Source of the DNA: Dehalococcoidia bacterium
GTDB taxonomy: Bacteria > Chloroflexota > Dehalococcoidia > Bin125
Direction of reading: 5' to 3'
Assembly: GCA_963663895.2 (NCBI GenBank)
Contig: CAXXRD010000004.1
Location: 59,139 to 123,138, forward strand
Length of the DNA stretch: 64,000 bases
Made by a program: the position numbers and the translations under genes. The notes beneath the pieces are model-generated. The model was not told where the DNA came from, ran no database searches, and was given only the letters and a program-made list of their open reading frames with translations. The stretch's first letter is position 1. Each line of letters starts with the position of its first letter. Below, one piece after another: positions 1 through 9,619 of the stretch.

Positions 1-275
1 TCACAGAAGCCGTCGAAGTGGAGACGGCGGCAGCGCGCGCGCGCGATCACGGCTGCATCGTCGTGACGCGCGAGGGCGAACTCAGGGAGCTGCGGATCGG
101 CATCGACGCGGAAGCGTTCGAGCACCCCGGGGCGCCGGATCCGGTCGCCTTGCGCAGCGAGGAGCTGGCCGCAGTCGATCTCAGCGCGGCCGACCGCCTG
201 CTGTACGGCCTGGCAGCGCTGCGGACGCTCACCGCGCTGGCCGGATGCGGCCGCAAGGGCGACCACAATCGCTAG
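1..275 (+). CDS. Hypothetical protein, 5'-truncated by the window edge
   Basis: Frame is open from the window start to TAG at 273-275, which overlaps the moaC stop (CTAG); no motif recognised. Confidence 0.5.
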   Translation, partial: TEAVEVETAAARARDHGCIVVTREGELRELRIGIDAEAFEHPGAPDPVALRSEELAAVDLSAADRLLYGLAALRTLTALAGCGRKGDHNR

Positions 276-772
276 GGCAGCTCGATCGCGCCCGAGCGCC
301 CACCCCGCTTCTCGCGAAGCCGGATATCCGTGATGCGCATGCCGCGGTCGACGGCCTTGGCCATGTCGTAGATCGTCAAGGCCGCCACGCTCACGGCCGT
401 CAGCGCCTCCATCTCGACGCCGGTGCGGCCCCGGCATCCCACGCGCGCGCGGATCTCCACCGCACCGCCGAATCCCTCGGGCGCCTGCTCCGAGAGGCGG
501 AGCGCGAGATCGACGTGCGTCAGGGCGAGCGGATGGCAGAGGGGAACGAGCTCATGCGTGCGCTTGGCCGCCATCACGCCCGCGATCCGGGCCGCGGCGA
601 GGAGGTCGCCTTTCGCCAACGTGGCGTCCTTGATCTGATCGAGCGTCGACCGCTGCAGCAAGACGCGTCCCTCGGCCACCGCCTCGCGCTCGCCCTCGTC
701 CTTGCCGGCGACGTCCACCATGCGCAGCCGGCCCTCAGGATCGACATGGGACAGCGAGCGGGGATCCGCCAC
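272..772 (-). CDS. moaC: Cyclic pyranopterin monophosphate synthase MoaC
   Basis: LSHVD..G..RMVDV, LVPLCHP, TGVEMEAL and IYDMAKAVD motifs; GTG start 2 nt after the moaA stop. Confidence 0.95.
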   Translation of the reverse strand: MADPRSLSHVDPEGRLRMVDVAGKDEGEREAVAEGRVLLQRSTLDQIKDATLAKGDLLAAARIAGVMAAKRTHELVPLCHPLALTHVDLALRLSEQAPEGFGGAVEIRARVGCRGRTGVEMEALTAVSVAALTIYDMAKAVDRGMRITDIRLREKRGGRSGAIELP

Positions 773-774
773 CG

Positions 775-1803
775 TTAGCCTCCGATGTAGGACATCTCGA
801 TGCGAGAAGGGCTCGCAGTTTGGCTCGACCGGATCTCCGAATAGCGATCTTCGCGGGTGTTCCAGGTTCGACGAACGAGCCGCGACAGCAGCGCGTCGTT
901 GGCGCCGCCGCGCAGCGGTTGGCGCAGGTCCGTGCCGATCGACGCGAAGAGGCAAGTGTAGAGCTTCCCATCGGCCGAGAGACGCGCACGGGTACAGTCG
1001 CCGCAGAACGGCTGGGTCACCGAGGCGATGACGCCGATCTCGCCGGAGCCGTCGCGGTAGCGGTAGCGCGCCGCCACCTCTCCCCGGTAGTTGGGCTCCA
1101 GCGGCTCCAGCGGCAGCTCGGCGTCGATCCTCTCGACGATCTCCGCGGCCGGCACCACCTCGTCGAGACACCAGCCGTTGGTATGTCCCACATCCATGTA
1201 CTCGATGAAGCGCAGCACATGGCCGCTGCCCTTGAAGTAGCGCGCCAGCGGCAGGATGGCCGCGTCGTTCAGGCCGCGCCGCACCACCGCGTTGACTTTG
1301 AGGGGGCGCAGACCCGCGGCCGCGGCCGCGTCGATCCCGTCCAGCACCTTTGCCACGGGGAAGTGCGCATCGGTCATCGCTTGGAAGATGTCATCGTCCA
1401 ACGCATCAAGGCTAATGGTTACGCGTCGCAAACCCGCCGCCGCGAGCGGCACCGCTTGCTGCTCCAGCAGCGAGCCGTTGGTGGTGAGGGTCAGATCAAC
1501 GTGCGGGATCGCCGCGAGCATCGTCACCAACGTCGGCAGCTCGCGCCGGAGAAGGGGCTCGCCGCCGGTGAGCCGAATCTTGCGAACGCCCTCCGCGACG
1601 AAGATCCGCGTCAAACGGGCGATCTCCTCGAAGCTGAGGATCTCGGAGCTGGGGAGAAACTCGAAGCCGGGGCCGAAGAGCTCGCGAGGCATACAGTAGC
1701 GACAGCGGAAGTTGCAGCGATCGGTCACCGAGATGCGCAGGTCGCGCAGGGGGCGACCGCGGGTGTCGGTCAGCGCAGGCCCCGCAGGCGATCGATCGCT
1801 CAT
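775..1803 (-). CDS. moaA: GTP 3',8-cyclase MoaA (radical SAM)
   Basis: [25 protein letters not shown] and C-terminal MSYIGG. Confidence 0.97.
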   Translation of the reverse strand: MSDRSPAGPALTDTRGRPLRDLRISVTDRCNFRCRYCMPRELFGPGFEFLPSSEILSFEEIARLTRIFVAEGVRKIRLTGGEPLLRRELPTLVTMLAAIPHVDLTLTTNGSLLEQQAVPLAAAGLRRVTISLDALDDDIFQAMTDAHFPVAKVLDGIDAAAAAGLRPLKVNAVVRRGLNDAAILPLARYFKGSGHVLRFIEYMDVGHTNGWCLDEVVPAAEIVERIDAELPLEPLEPNYRGEVAARYRYRDGSGEIGVIASVTQPFCGDCTRARLSADGKLYTCLFASIGTDLRQPLRGGANDALLSRLVRRTWNTREDRYSEIRSSQTASPSRIEMSYIGG

Positions 1804-2426
1804 CGGCTTGGCTCCGCGAGCAAGCGCGCCAGCAGCGGCGCGGCGGCCTGCAGGGCGCGGGCCCGGTGGCTGATGCGGTTCTTCTCGTCCATGATCAGCT
1901 CAGCCATGCGTCTGCCGTCCGGCAATTCGAAGAGCGGATCGTAGCCGAAGCCATCGCTGCCTCGCTCGTCGCTTGCGATGCTGCCCGTCACGATCCCCTC
2001 CGTACACCAGACGCGCGACTGGCGCGGCAGCGCGATGGCGACCAGCGCCCGGTAGCGGGCCTTCCTGCCCTCTGCCGGGACGCCCTCCAGTGCCGCCAGG
2101 AGCCGCGCCCGGTTGGCGGCGTCCGTTGCGCCAGCTCCAGCATAACGGGCCGAATGGATGCCCGGCGCGCCTGCCAAGGCCTCGACTTCGAGGCCGGAAT
2201 CGTCGGCCAGGGCGGGCAGACCGGCCGCATCGGCGAAGGCGCGCGCCTTGAGCGCCGCGTTTTCCCGGTAGGTGGCCCCGCTCTCCACCACGTGGAGGTG
2301 AGCGAGGTCTGCCTCTTCCAGCGCCACCAGCGCCCAGTCCGCGCCGATCAGCCGGCGCAGCTCGCGCAGCTTGCCGGCGTTGTGCGTTGCCAGCAGGAGC
2401 GTCCGCGCGGGTCGCCGATCGGGCAT
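1800..2426 (-). CDS. rdgB: Non-canonical purine NTP pyrophosphatase (RdgB/HAM1)
   Basis: [27 protein letters not shown] and KNRISHR motifs; ATG 2426 chosen as start. Confidence 0.95.
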   Translation of the reverse strand: MPDRRPARTLLLATHNAGKLRELRRLIGADWALVALEEADLAHLHVVESGATYRENAALKARAFADAAGLPALADDSGLEVEALAGAPGIHSARYAGAGATDAANRARLLAALEGVPAEGRKARYRALVAIALPRQSRVWCTEGIVTGSIASDERGSDGFGYDPLFELPDGRRMAELIMDEKNRISHRARALQAAAPLLARLLAEPSR

Positions 2427-2508
2427 GGCGTGCTCTTCCCCCTTGCCGTGGCGTAGGGTACCGCTACGCTGAGCCTCCAACCGGTCACCCGTCACCGGGG
2501 ATGTGAGC

Positions 2509-3912
2509 ATGGACTACCGCGCCGCCGTCGACTACTTGCTCGGATTCGCCGACTTCGAACGGTCACGCCAAGCCGATCGGGAAGCGGGCGCGTTCGCACT
2601 GGATCGGATCACCTCGCTGCTGCAGCGGCTGGATCGGCCGGAGGCAGGCCGCCTCACGGTGCACGTCGCCGGGTCGAAGGGCAAGGGATCGGTGGCGACG
2701 ATGGTCGAGTCGATCCTGCGGGCGCAGGGGCTGCGCACTGGTCTCTATACGAGCCCGCACTTGCACGATTTCACCGAGCGGATCGCGATCGATGGGGCGG
2801 CGATCAGGCAGGAGGCGTTCGCCGACCTGGTCAAGCAGCTAGAGCCCGTGGTCGCGGCGGAGCTGCGCGACGCTCCGGGCCGACTCAGCACGTTCGAGCT
2901 GCTCACCGCCATGGCCTTCCTCGCTTTTCGCGAGGCCGCAGTGGAGGCGCAAGTGATCGAGGTGGGTCTCGGCGGCCGTCTCGACAGCACCAACATCCTC
3001 GCCGAGAAGGACGTCGCCGTCATCACCGCCATCTCGGAAGAGCACGCCAGCATCCTGGGGCCCGAGCTGAGCCGCATCGCCTCGGAGAAAGCGGGGATCA
3101 TCGTCCCGGGGACGAAGGCCGCGGTGCTCGGTCCGCAGCGGAGTCGCGCCGCCGCCGCGCGGGTGATCGCGCGGGCGCAAGAGGTCGGCGTACCCCTGAC
3201 GCAGGTGACGGAGCGCTACCGCTGGGAGTACGCCGGTACCGACCGACACGGCCAGTGGCTGCGGATCAGGCCGAGAGACGCCGCCGCCGACCCGGCGGAA
3301 AATGGCGAAGAGAGGTCAGCCGAGAGCAACCTCTATCTACTGCCGCTGATGGGGAACCACCAGATCGAGAACGCCGCGACGGCGCTCGCCGCGATCGACG
3401 GGCTGCGGGCGCAGGGGCTGGCGATCGAGGGGCGCGCGATCCGGACAGGTCTCGCCACCGTGCGCTGGCCGGCGCGTCTGGAGTTGATCGCCGACAACCC
3501 GCGGCTCGTCATCGACGCGGCGCACAACGGCGAATCGTTCGACCGCGTGCTGGAGTCGCTGCGCAGCTATTTCCCGCATGAGCGGCTGGTGGTGGTGGTG
3601 GGCATGTTGCGCGATAAAGATCTGGCAGCCGTCGCGCAACTCCTCCACGAGCGCGCGGCGGCGCTGGTCGTGACCCAGCCGGACCATCCGCGCGCCCTAG
3701 AGGCGCCCGCACTGGCGGAGGCGTTCGCCGGATTCGAGGGAGCGATGCTGGTGGAGGCGACCGTGGCCGACGCCCTCGGCGCGGCACGGGGCCTGGCAGG
3801 GGAGCAAGACGTGATCGCCGTGCTGGGGTCGATCTTCCTGGCGGCCGAGACGCGCGCCCTCACGCTACGGCAGCGCGGCGCGGCGCCGACCTCGGCGCGC
3901 GCGGAGTCCTAG
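2509..3912 (+). CDS. folC: Folylpolyglutamate synthase/dihydrofolate synthase
   Basis: HVAGSKGKGS, YTSPHL, EVGLGGRLDSTN and DAAHN motifs; alternative GTG start at 2503. Confidence 0.95.
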   Translation: MDYRAAVDYLLGFADFERSRQADREAGAFALDRITSLLQRLDRPEAGRLTVHVAGSKGKGSVATMVESILRAQGLRTGLYTSPHLHDFTERIAIDGAAIRQEAFADLVKQLEPVVAAELRDAPGRLSTFELLTAMAFLAFREAAVEAQVIEVGLGGRLDSTNILAEKDVAVITAISEEHASILGPELSRIASEKAGIIVPGTKAAVLGPQRSRAAAARVIARAQEVGVPLTQVTERYRWEYAGTDRHGQWLRIRPRDAAADPAENGEERSAESNLYLLPLMGNHQIENAATALAAIDGLRAQGLAIEGRAIRTGLATVRWPARLELIADNPRLVIDAAHNGESFDRVLESLRSYFPHERLVVVVGMLRDKDLAAVAQLLHERAAALVVTQPDHPRALEAPALAEAFAGFEGAMLVEATVADALGAARGLAGEQDVIAVLGSIFLAAETRALTLRQRGAAPTSARAES

Positions 3913-3914
3913 CC

Positions 3915-5177
3915 GTGCCGCGCAACCGCCCGCGCGTCGTGATCACGGGCATGGGCGCCATCAGCCCCCTGGGGATCAGCATCGACGCGTTCTGGGAGGC
4001 GTGTCTAGCAGGACGCAGCGGGATCGAACGGGTGCAAGGGTTCGATCCGTCGGACTTAGCGTGCCAGATCGCAGGCGAAGTGCGGAACTTCGTGCCCACG
4101 GATCACATGACCCGCAAGGACGCGCGGCGCATGGCGCGCTTCTCGCAATTCGCCGTCGCGGGAGCGGCCCAAGCCTTCGAAGACGCGGAACTGGACCTCG
4201 GCGCCGAGGACCGCACACGCATAGGGGTGCTGTTGGGCAACGGCATCGGCGGGCTTCCGAACATTCAGGCGGGCGTCTTACACATGCGGGAGCGGGGGGC
4301 GATGCGGCTCGACCCGCTCCTGATCCCGCGCGTCCTCCCGAACATGGCCGCCTCGAACGTCTCGATGCAATTCGGGCTGCTCGGGTATAACAGCACGATC
4401 GTGACGGCCTGCGCGGCGGGCACGCAAGCGATCGGCGAAGCGGCGGAGTTGATCCGCCGCGGGACGGCAGACGTCGTGGTCAGCGGCGGCACCGAGGCCG
4501 CCATGGTCGAGGTGATGGCGGGATCGTTCGCAGTGATGCGCGCGCTCAGCTCCCGCAACGACGCCCCGCAGCGCGCCAGCCGTCCCTTCGACGCGGATCG
4601 GGATGGCTTCGTGCCTGCGGAGGGCGCTGGCATCCTCGTGCTCGAAAGCGAGGCGCACGCACGGGCGCGCGGCGCTCGCATCCGCGCCGAGGTCGCCGGG
4701 TTCGGCGCGAGCGCGGACGCCTATCACTTGGTGGCTCCGGACGAGAGCGGCGACGGTCCCGTGCGTGCGGTGATCGCCGCCCTGCATGACGCGGGAATCG
4801 GCCCCGGCGAGATCGACTATGTCAATGCGCACGGCACATCGACACCGCTCAACGACGTCTCCGAAACCAGGGCGCTGAAGACCGCGTTGGGGAAAGACGC
4901 TTACCGGGTCGCGATTAGCGCGACGAAGTCGATGATCGGACACGGATTCGGAGCAGGGGGCGCACTGGAATCGATCGCGGCGGTGCGGTCGATCGAGGCG
5001 GGACACATCCACCCAACCGTGAACCTGGAGACGCCGGACCCGGCCTGCGACTTGGACTACGTCCCGGGCAGCGCGCGGGAGGCGAAGGTGGACGTGGTTC
5101 TCAAGAACTCTTTCGGCTTCGGCGGACAGAACGCCTGCCTCGTGCTGCGGCGCTACGAGGAAGAGCAGCGCCGCTAG
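3915..5177 (+). CDS. fabF: 3-oxoacyl-ACP synthase II
   Basis: VVITGMG, TACAAG (catalytic Cys), NAHGTST, KSMIGH and NSFGFGGQN motifs. Confidence 0.95.
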   Translation: MPRNRPRVVITGMGAISPLGISIDAFWEACLAGRSGIERVQGFDPSDLACQIAGEVRNFVPTDHMTRKDARRMARFSQFAVAGAAQAFEDAELDLGAEDRTRIGVLLGNGIGGLPNIQAGVLHMRERGAMRLDPLLIPRVLPNMAASNVSMQFGLLGYNSTIVTACAAGTQAIGEAAELIRRGTADVVVSGGTEAAMVEVMAGSFAVMRALSSRNDAPQRASRPFDADRDGFVPAEGAGILVLESEAHARARGARIRAEVAGFGASADAYHLVAPDESGDGPVRAVIAALHDAGIGPGEIDYVNAHGTSTPLNDVSETRALKTALGKDAYRVAISATKSMIGHGFGAGGALESIAAVRSIEAGHIHPTVNLETPDPACDLDYVPGSAREAKVDVVLKNSFGFGGQNACLVLRRYEEEQRR

Positions 5178-5190
5178 CGGCGTGGGAGCG

Positions 5191-5448
5191 CTAGGCGGAG
5201 ATGGCGCGCGGGCGCACTTCGTTGGGCAAGAGCTCGCCGAGCACGCGCTCCATGGCCATGGAGTGGCAACAGGTTGCGTGGCTCCGGAAAAAGTGACAGT
5301 CGCAGGACCAAGCGCCGGCTGTGAGGGTGATCGTGTGGGTGCTGTTGTCGCCCCGCAGGCTACATCTGAGCGAGTCGATCTTGATCCGATCCGGCTCGCT
5401 CGCGTACATCCGCGCTTTCTCGATCTTGCCGATCAGACTGCTATTCAT
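5191..5448 (-). CDS. Small SWIM-type zinc-finger protein
   Basis: CDC-x8-CCH (CxC...CxH) pattern, GAGAGG RBS, coding-like composition. Confidence 0.8.
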   Translation of the reverse strand: MNSSLIGKIEKARMYASEPDRIKIDSLRCSLRGDNSTHTITLTAGAWSCDCHFFRSHATCCHSMAMERVLGELLPNEVRPRAISA

Positions 5449-5489
5449 ACTCAGGCCCTCTCGACCGCGAAGACCGACCTCGCTGCACT

Positions 5490-5513
5490 AAAAAGACCGC
5501 CTGACCGGCGGCC
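5490..5513 (-). terminator. Intrinsic terminator or attenuator upstream of the SWIM gene
   Basis: Minus strand GGCCGCC-GGUCA-GGCGGUC followed by UUUUU. Confidence 0.65.
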
Positions 5514-5636
5514 GCTGTGTTGCCACGCTACTCGAAAGCTGTTCGTATCAACGGGCGCCACCTCACGCTTCCGCTGTTTCTGCTTCCAATCTAGCACTCC
5601 GCTCTCGGACTCGTTCGAAATCTTTATGGAGCGACT

Positions 5637-6227
5637 TCATGGCGCGACACCCAAGGGGAATGCGCGGAGCGTCGTGTAGCGCGCGCCGTCGGGTCGCAGC
5701 TCGCTGCGAAGAAGCTGGATCTGCTCGACGGGCAGGACAAGCGGCGAGAGTGCCCCGATCCGCTGGACCAAGCCGACCAAGCAGGCCCGATCCTCGGCAG
5801 TGGCGCCGTCGGGGACGCGCGCCAGAGTCAGGTGGGGGCGGAAGTCCCGACGCTCGGATGGGAAACCGCGCGCCGCCAAGCGTGTATCGATCGCCCCCGC
5901 AAGCGTGGCTGTATCCGCGACGGCGCCTTCCAGCCCAGCCCAAAGCACCCGCGTCCGGCGTCCACCGAAGACGCCGCAGCCGCGAAGCCGCAGGGCGTGG
6001 CGCCGGCTCTCGGCGCAGATCTCCTCCAATTCCCGCTCGACGGCGCCGATGCGCGCCGGCGGGACCTCGCCGAGGAACTTCAACGTCAGATGGATCGCCT
6101 CGGCGCGGACCCAACGCAGGCGCGGCGCTCCACCCCGCTCGAAGCGACGGCGCGCGCGCTGGAGCTCCGCGCGCACCGCGGGCGGCACGGGCACGGCGGT
6201 GAAGAGCCGGACAGAATCGGTCGGCAT
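5637..6227 (-). CDS. thpR: RNA 2',3'-cyclic phosphodiesterase (2H family)
   Basis: RLFTAV start and two HLTL motifs (HLTLKFLG, PHLTLAR). Confidence 0.93.
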   Translation of the reverse strand: MPTDSVRLFTAVPVPPAVRAELQRARRRFERGGAPRLRWVRAEAIHLTLKFLGEVPPARIGAVERELEEICAESRRHALRLRGCGVFGGRRTRVLWAGLEGAVADTATLAGAIDTRLAARGFPSERRDFRPHLTLARVPDGATAEDRACLVGLVQRIGALSPLVLPVEQIQLLRSELRPDGARYTTLRAFPLGVAP

Positions 6228-6350
6228 GGCGCGCGTGAGCCTAACGCAGGCGCGTCGAGCCTTATGCCGAGACGATGGGGCGGGCTCTGGCTGGCCTCCC
6301 CCGCCGCCGGTAGCATTGACGTGCCCCCGGTCCGGACAGTTGGAGTGCGC

Positions 6351-7181
6351 ATGACCGTCAGCACCACGCCCGATCTCCAAGCGACGGCCCAGCGGATCCG
6401 CCGCCATATCGTGGAGATGACAGCAGCAGCCCAGTCCGGGCACCCCGGCGGATCGCTCTCGGCCGTGGAGATCCTGACGGCCCTGTATTTCGGAGGGGTG
6501 CTGCGCTACGACCCCGCCCGGCCCGACTGGCCCCAGCGGGACCGCTTCGTGCTGAGCAAAGGGCACGCCACCCCCGTGCTGTACGCCGTCCTGGCCGAGG
6601 CCGGTTACTTCAGCACTGATCTCCTGCCGACCTTCCGCAAGCTCGGCAGTCCGCTGCAGGGCCACACGGTGCGGGGCAAACCATCCGGCGTCGAGATGAG
6701 CGCCGGCGCCCTGGGGATGGGGCTCTCGTTCTGCATTGGGCAGGCGTTGGCGGCACGGCTGGACGGGCGAGACAGCCGCTTGTACTGCCTGCTCGGCGAC
6801 GGAGAGCTCAACGAGGGGCAGGTGTGGGAGGCGGCGCTGAGCGCGGCCCACTTCGAGACGGACCGGATCACGGCGATCGTCGACCGCAACCATTTCCAGA
6901 ACGACGGTCCGGAGGGCGAGATCCTGCGGCTCTGGGACGTGGCCGAAAAGTTCCGGGCGTTCGGCTGGCACGCGGTCCAGGTAGAGGACGGGCACGATCT
7001 CGACCAACTGCTGCCGGCCTTCGCGGAGACGGCGGCGGTCAGGGGGCGGCCGCAGGTCATCATCGCCGAAACGACGAAGGGCAAGGGCGTGTCCTACATG
7101 GAAGCGAACCCCGCCGCCTGGCACGGTAAAGGCCCGTCGCCCGAGCAACTCGCGCAGGCGCTGGAGGAGATCGGCCCGTGA
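6351..7181 (+). CDS. Transketolase, N-terminal (TPP-binding) subunit
   Basis: SGHPGGSLS, RDRFVLSKGH, LQGH and GDGE..EG..WEA motifs; GGAG RBS. Confidence 0.93.
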   Translation: MTVSTTPDLQATAQRIRRHIVEMTAAAQSGHPGGSLSAVEILTALYFGGVLRYDPARPDWPQRDRFVLSKGHATPVLYAVLAEAGYFSTDLLPTFRKLGSPLQGHTVRGKPSGVEMSAGALGMGLSFCIGQALAARLDGRDSRLYCLLGDGELNEGQVWEAALSAAHFETDRITAIVDRNHFQNDGPEGEILRLWDVAEKFRAFGWHAVQVEDGHDLDQLLPAFAETAAVRGRPQVIIAETTKGKGVSYMEANPAAWHGKGPSPEQLAQALEEIGP

Positions 7182-8131
7182 CGCCGGCGGCGGCGCGGGT
7201 CGCAGCGACGCGCGAGGCGTTCGGCCCCACCTTGATCCGGCTGGCCGAGGCCGGCCACGACATCGTCACGCTTGAGGCGGATCTGTCGGCGTCGACGGGC
7301 GGGCGGCAGCTGAAGGCGGCATTCCCAGAGCGTTGGTACACGGTCGGCGCCTCGGAAGCGAACATGATCAGCATGGCGGCGGGCCTGGCCGCGGACGGCA
7401 AGACCGTCTTTGCGGCCTCCTTCGCCGTGTTCGTTCCCGGCCACTGCTTCGATCAAGTGCGCATGAGCGTGGCGCAGCCTGGGCTCAACGTGAAGCTCGT
7501 CGCCAGTCACGGCGGCGTCAGCGTGGGCGAGGACGGGGCGTCGGCGCAGGCGATTGAGGATCTGTCGCTCGCGACGGCGCTGCCGGGGATGACGTCCGTC
7601 GTACCGGCCGACGTCGTGGAGGCGGCGCAGGCGATCTGGACCGCCGGTACCACGGCGGGGCCCTTCTACATCCGGTTGGGGCGGCCCAAGGTGCCCGTGG
7701 TCTACGGGGACGAGTACCGCTTCGCTCTCGGCCGCGCCCACCGCTTGCGCGAAGGAGGGGATGCGACCGTGATCGCGTGCGGCCACTTGGTTGCGGCGGC
7801 GCTGGAGGCCGCCGAGCGCCTCGCCGCGGGGGGCGTGTCCGTGCGCGTGCTCAACATGGCGACCATCACCCCGCTCGATGAAGAGGCCGTCATCTCCGCG
7901 GCGCGGGAGACCGGCGCGATCGTGACCGCCGAAGAGCACCTAGTGCAGGGCGGGCTCGGGGCGGCGGTCACGCGTGCGCTGGCCGCGACCTACCCCACGC
8001 CGGTGGAGCAGGTGGGCGTACGAGACCGCTATGGAGAATCGGGCCGGTGGGACCAGTTGCTCGAGCGGTTCGGCCTGGATGCAGGCGGGGTCGAGGAGGC
8101 CGTTCAGCGCGTCCTGCAGCGCAAGATCTGA
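7178..8131 (+). CDS. Transketolase, C-terminal subunit
   Basis: TREAFG, ADLSAST, GEDGAS.Q and EEH...GGLG motifs; 4-nt overlap with the N-terminal subunit gene. Confidence 0.93.
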   Translation: MTPAAARVAATREAFGPTLIRLAEAGHDIVTLEADLSASTGGRQLKAAFPERWYTVGASEANMISMAAGLAADGKTVFAASFAVFVPGHCFDQVRMSVAQPGLNVKLVASHGGVSVGEDGASAQAIEDLSLATALPGMTSVVPADVVEAAQAIWTAGTTAGPFYIRLGRPKVPVVYGDEYRFALGRAHRLREGGDATVIACGHLVAAALEAAERLAAGGVSVRVLNMATITPLDEEAVISAARETGAIVTAEEHLVQGGLGAAVTRALAATYPTPVEQVGVRDRYGESGRWDQLLERFGLDAGGVEEAVQRVLQRKI

Positions 8132-8141
8132 CGAGCAACGG

Positions 8142-8849
8142 CTAGGCGCCGAGCGCGAGCAGGGCCGGGAGCTCGTTCAAGCTCCGTACGACGGCGGTCG
8201 CTCGGCAGTCGGAGCGGGCCGCTCTTTCCCTACTCACGTTCAGCCAGATCGCGCCCATCTCCACGCCGAGAGCTCCCACGACATCCTGCTCGAAGTTGTT
8301 GCCGACGTGCACGGCCTCGTCGGGGCGGACGTCCAGCGACCGCAGCGCGGCCTGGAAAATCGCCGGCGCGGGCTTCGCCACTCCCAGGTCGCCGGAGATG
8401 GTCAGCGCGCGGAAGTAGCCATCGAGTCCGCCGCGCCGCAGCTTGGCGCGCTGCTCCGTCCCCGACCCGTTGCTGATGAGTCCGATCGGGAGCCGCCGAG
8501 AGAGCAGCGCCAGCGTCTGCCGCGCCCCCGGCATCAGCGCCAGGTGCTCGATGCGCGCCGCGGCGTAGGCATCCGCGATCCGAGCCGCCGCGGCCATGTG
8601 CAGCCCAAGCGCACGCAGCACGTCCGCCATGAGCGCTTCACGCGACCAGATCCCCGGCCACTGGCCGCCGTGCCGCGCAAAGGTGCGGTCCACCACCAAC
8701 TGGACGGCCGCGTCGAAGGCCTCGTCCGGCACGTCGTAGCCAAGCGCGCGGAGCGCCTCGGCAGCGGCGGCGCGCGCCGCTTGAACGCCGGCGCGCTCAT
8801 CGACCAGGGTGCCGTCGAGGTCGAAAAAGACCACGCGGTAGCGGGACAT
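8142..8849 (-). CDS. HAD-superfamily hydrolase (YjjG/HAD-IA like)
   Basis: FDLDGTL, ISNG, KP and VGNN...D motifs. Confidence 0.9.
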   Translation of the reverse strand: MSRYRVVFFDLDGTLVDERAGVQAARAAAAEALRALGYDVPDEAFDAAVQLVVDRTFARHGGQWPGIWSREALMADVLRALGLHMAAAARIADAYAAARIEHLALMPGARQTLALLSRRLPIGLISNGSGTEQRAKLRRGGLDGYFRALTISGDLGVAKPAPAIFQAALRSLDVRPDEAVHVGNNFEQDVVGALGVEMGAIWLNVSRERAARSDCRATAVVRSLNELPALLALGA

Positions 8850-8854
8850 GCGCG

Positions 8855-9289
8855 CTACGACTCGCCCTCGGCCTCGCGCGCCGCCTCAGCCTCTTCCAAC
8901 TCGTCCTGGTAGATCTCATAGGGCCAAATGGGCCAGTCGGCGAACTGATCGGGCGGGTCTTCGGTGGGCCCTTCAGGATGCTCCACATCCGGCTCGTGAT
9001 CGGGCACATAGGTCTGCATGGGCTCGGCCTTGAACTCGATTCCGTCTTCGTGCGTCACGAGACGGGAGAGCGCATAGCCGATCCAAGCCAGACAGCCGCA
9101 CTCTACCCGGAACGAGAGCGCGAAGCGGCGGCGGCCGACAGCCTCGTTCCGAACGAAATCATGGAACTCGCCGAGCTCCTCGGCCGGCAGTGCCTCCTCC
9201 ACGCGGCCGGCGAAGAACGCTTCCAGGACGTCGGAGGCGTCGCCGGCCGGCTCGTCGCGCGGGGACGGTTGGGTTTCGACCTCTGTCAT
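8855..9289 (-). CDS. Acidic hypothetical protein
   Basis: Tightly packed in the proA operon, coding-like codon usage, no motif recognised. Confidence 0.75.
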   Translation of the reverse strand: MTEVETQPSPRDEPAGDASDVLEAFFAGRVEEALPAEELGEFHDFVRNEAVGRRRFALSFRVECGCLAWIGYALSRLVTHEDGIEFKAEPMQTYVPDHEPDVEHPEGPTEDPPDQFADWPIWPYEIYQDELEEAEAAREAEGES

Positions 9290-9292
9290 GGA

Positions 9293-9610
9293 TCAGCTCT
9301 CTGCGCCGCCGGCCAAGTCGTCAGCATTGCCCATCCCTTCCTCGTCCGAGTAGACGCCCAACTCGGAGCCGCTCCAGACCGTCACCACGAAATCGTCGCG
9401 AAACGGCTCGGCGGTACGGACGATCTTATCGTCGATATCCGCGATCACATCCTGGATGTCAACGTCACTCCAGTCCGGGGGCACGCAGAGGGTGCCATAC
9501 ACGATCGCGGGCGTGAAGTGAAGGTCCACGCGCGCGGCGCTGCCAGCCTCGTTTTCAATGACGAAACACTCCGATTGGGGCGTGCGGCTCTCGCGCTCAT
9601 ACTGGAACAT
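9293..9610 (-). CDS. Acidic hypothetical protein
   Basis: GAGGG RBS 9 nt after the proA stop; globular-looking sequence. Confidence 0.8.
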   Translation of the reverse strand: MFQYERESRTPQSECFVIENEAGSAARVDLHFTPAIVYGTLCVPPDWSDVDIQDVIADIDDKIVRTAEPFRDDFVVTVWSGSELGVYSDEEGMGNADDLAGGAES

Positions 9611-9619
9611 GACGTCCCT

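Noticed and set aside
5591-5617. CIRCE element (CTAGCACTC half-site)
   Set aside because: The second half-site GAGTGCTAA is absent at the 9-bp spacing
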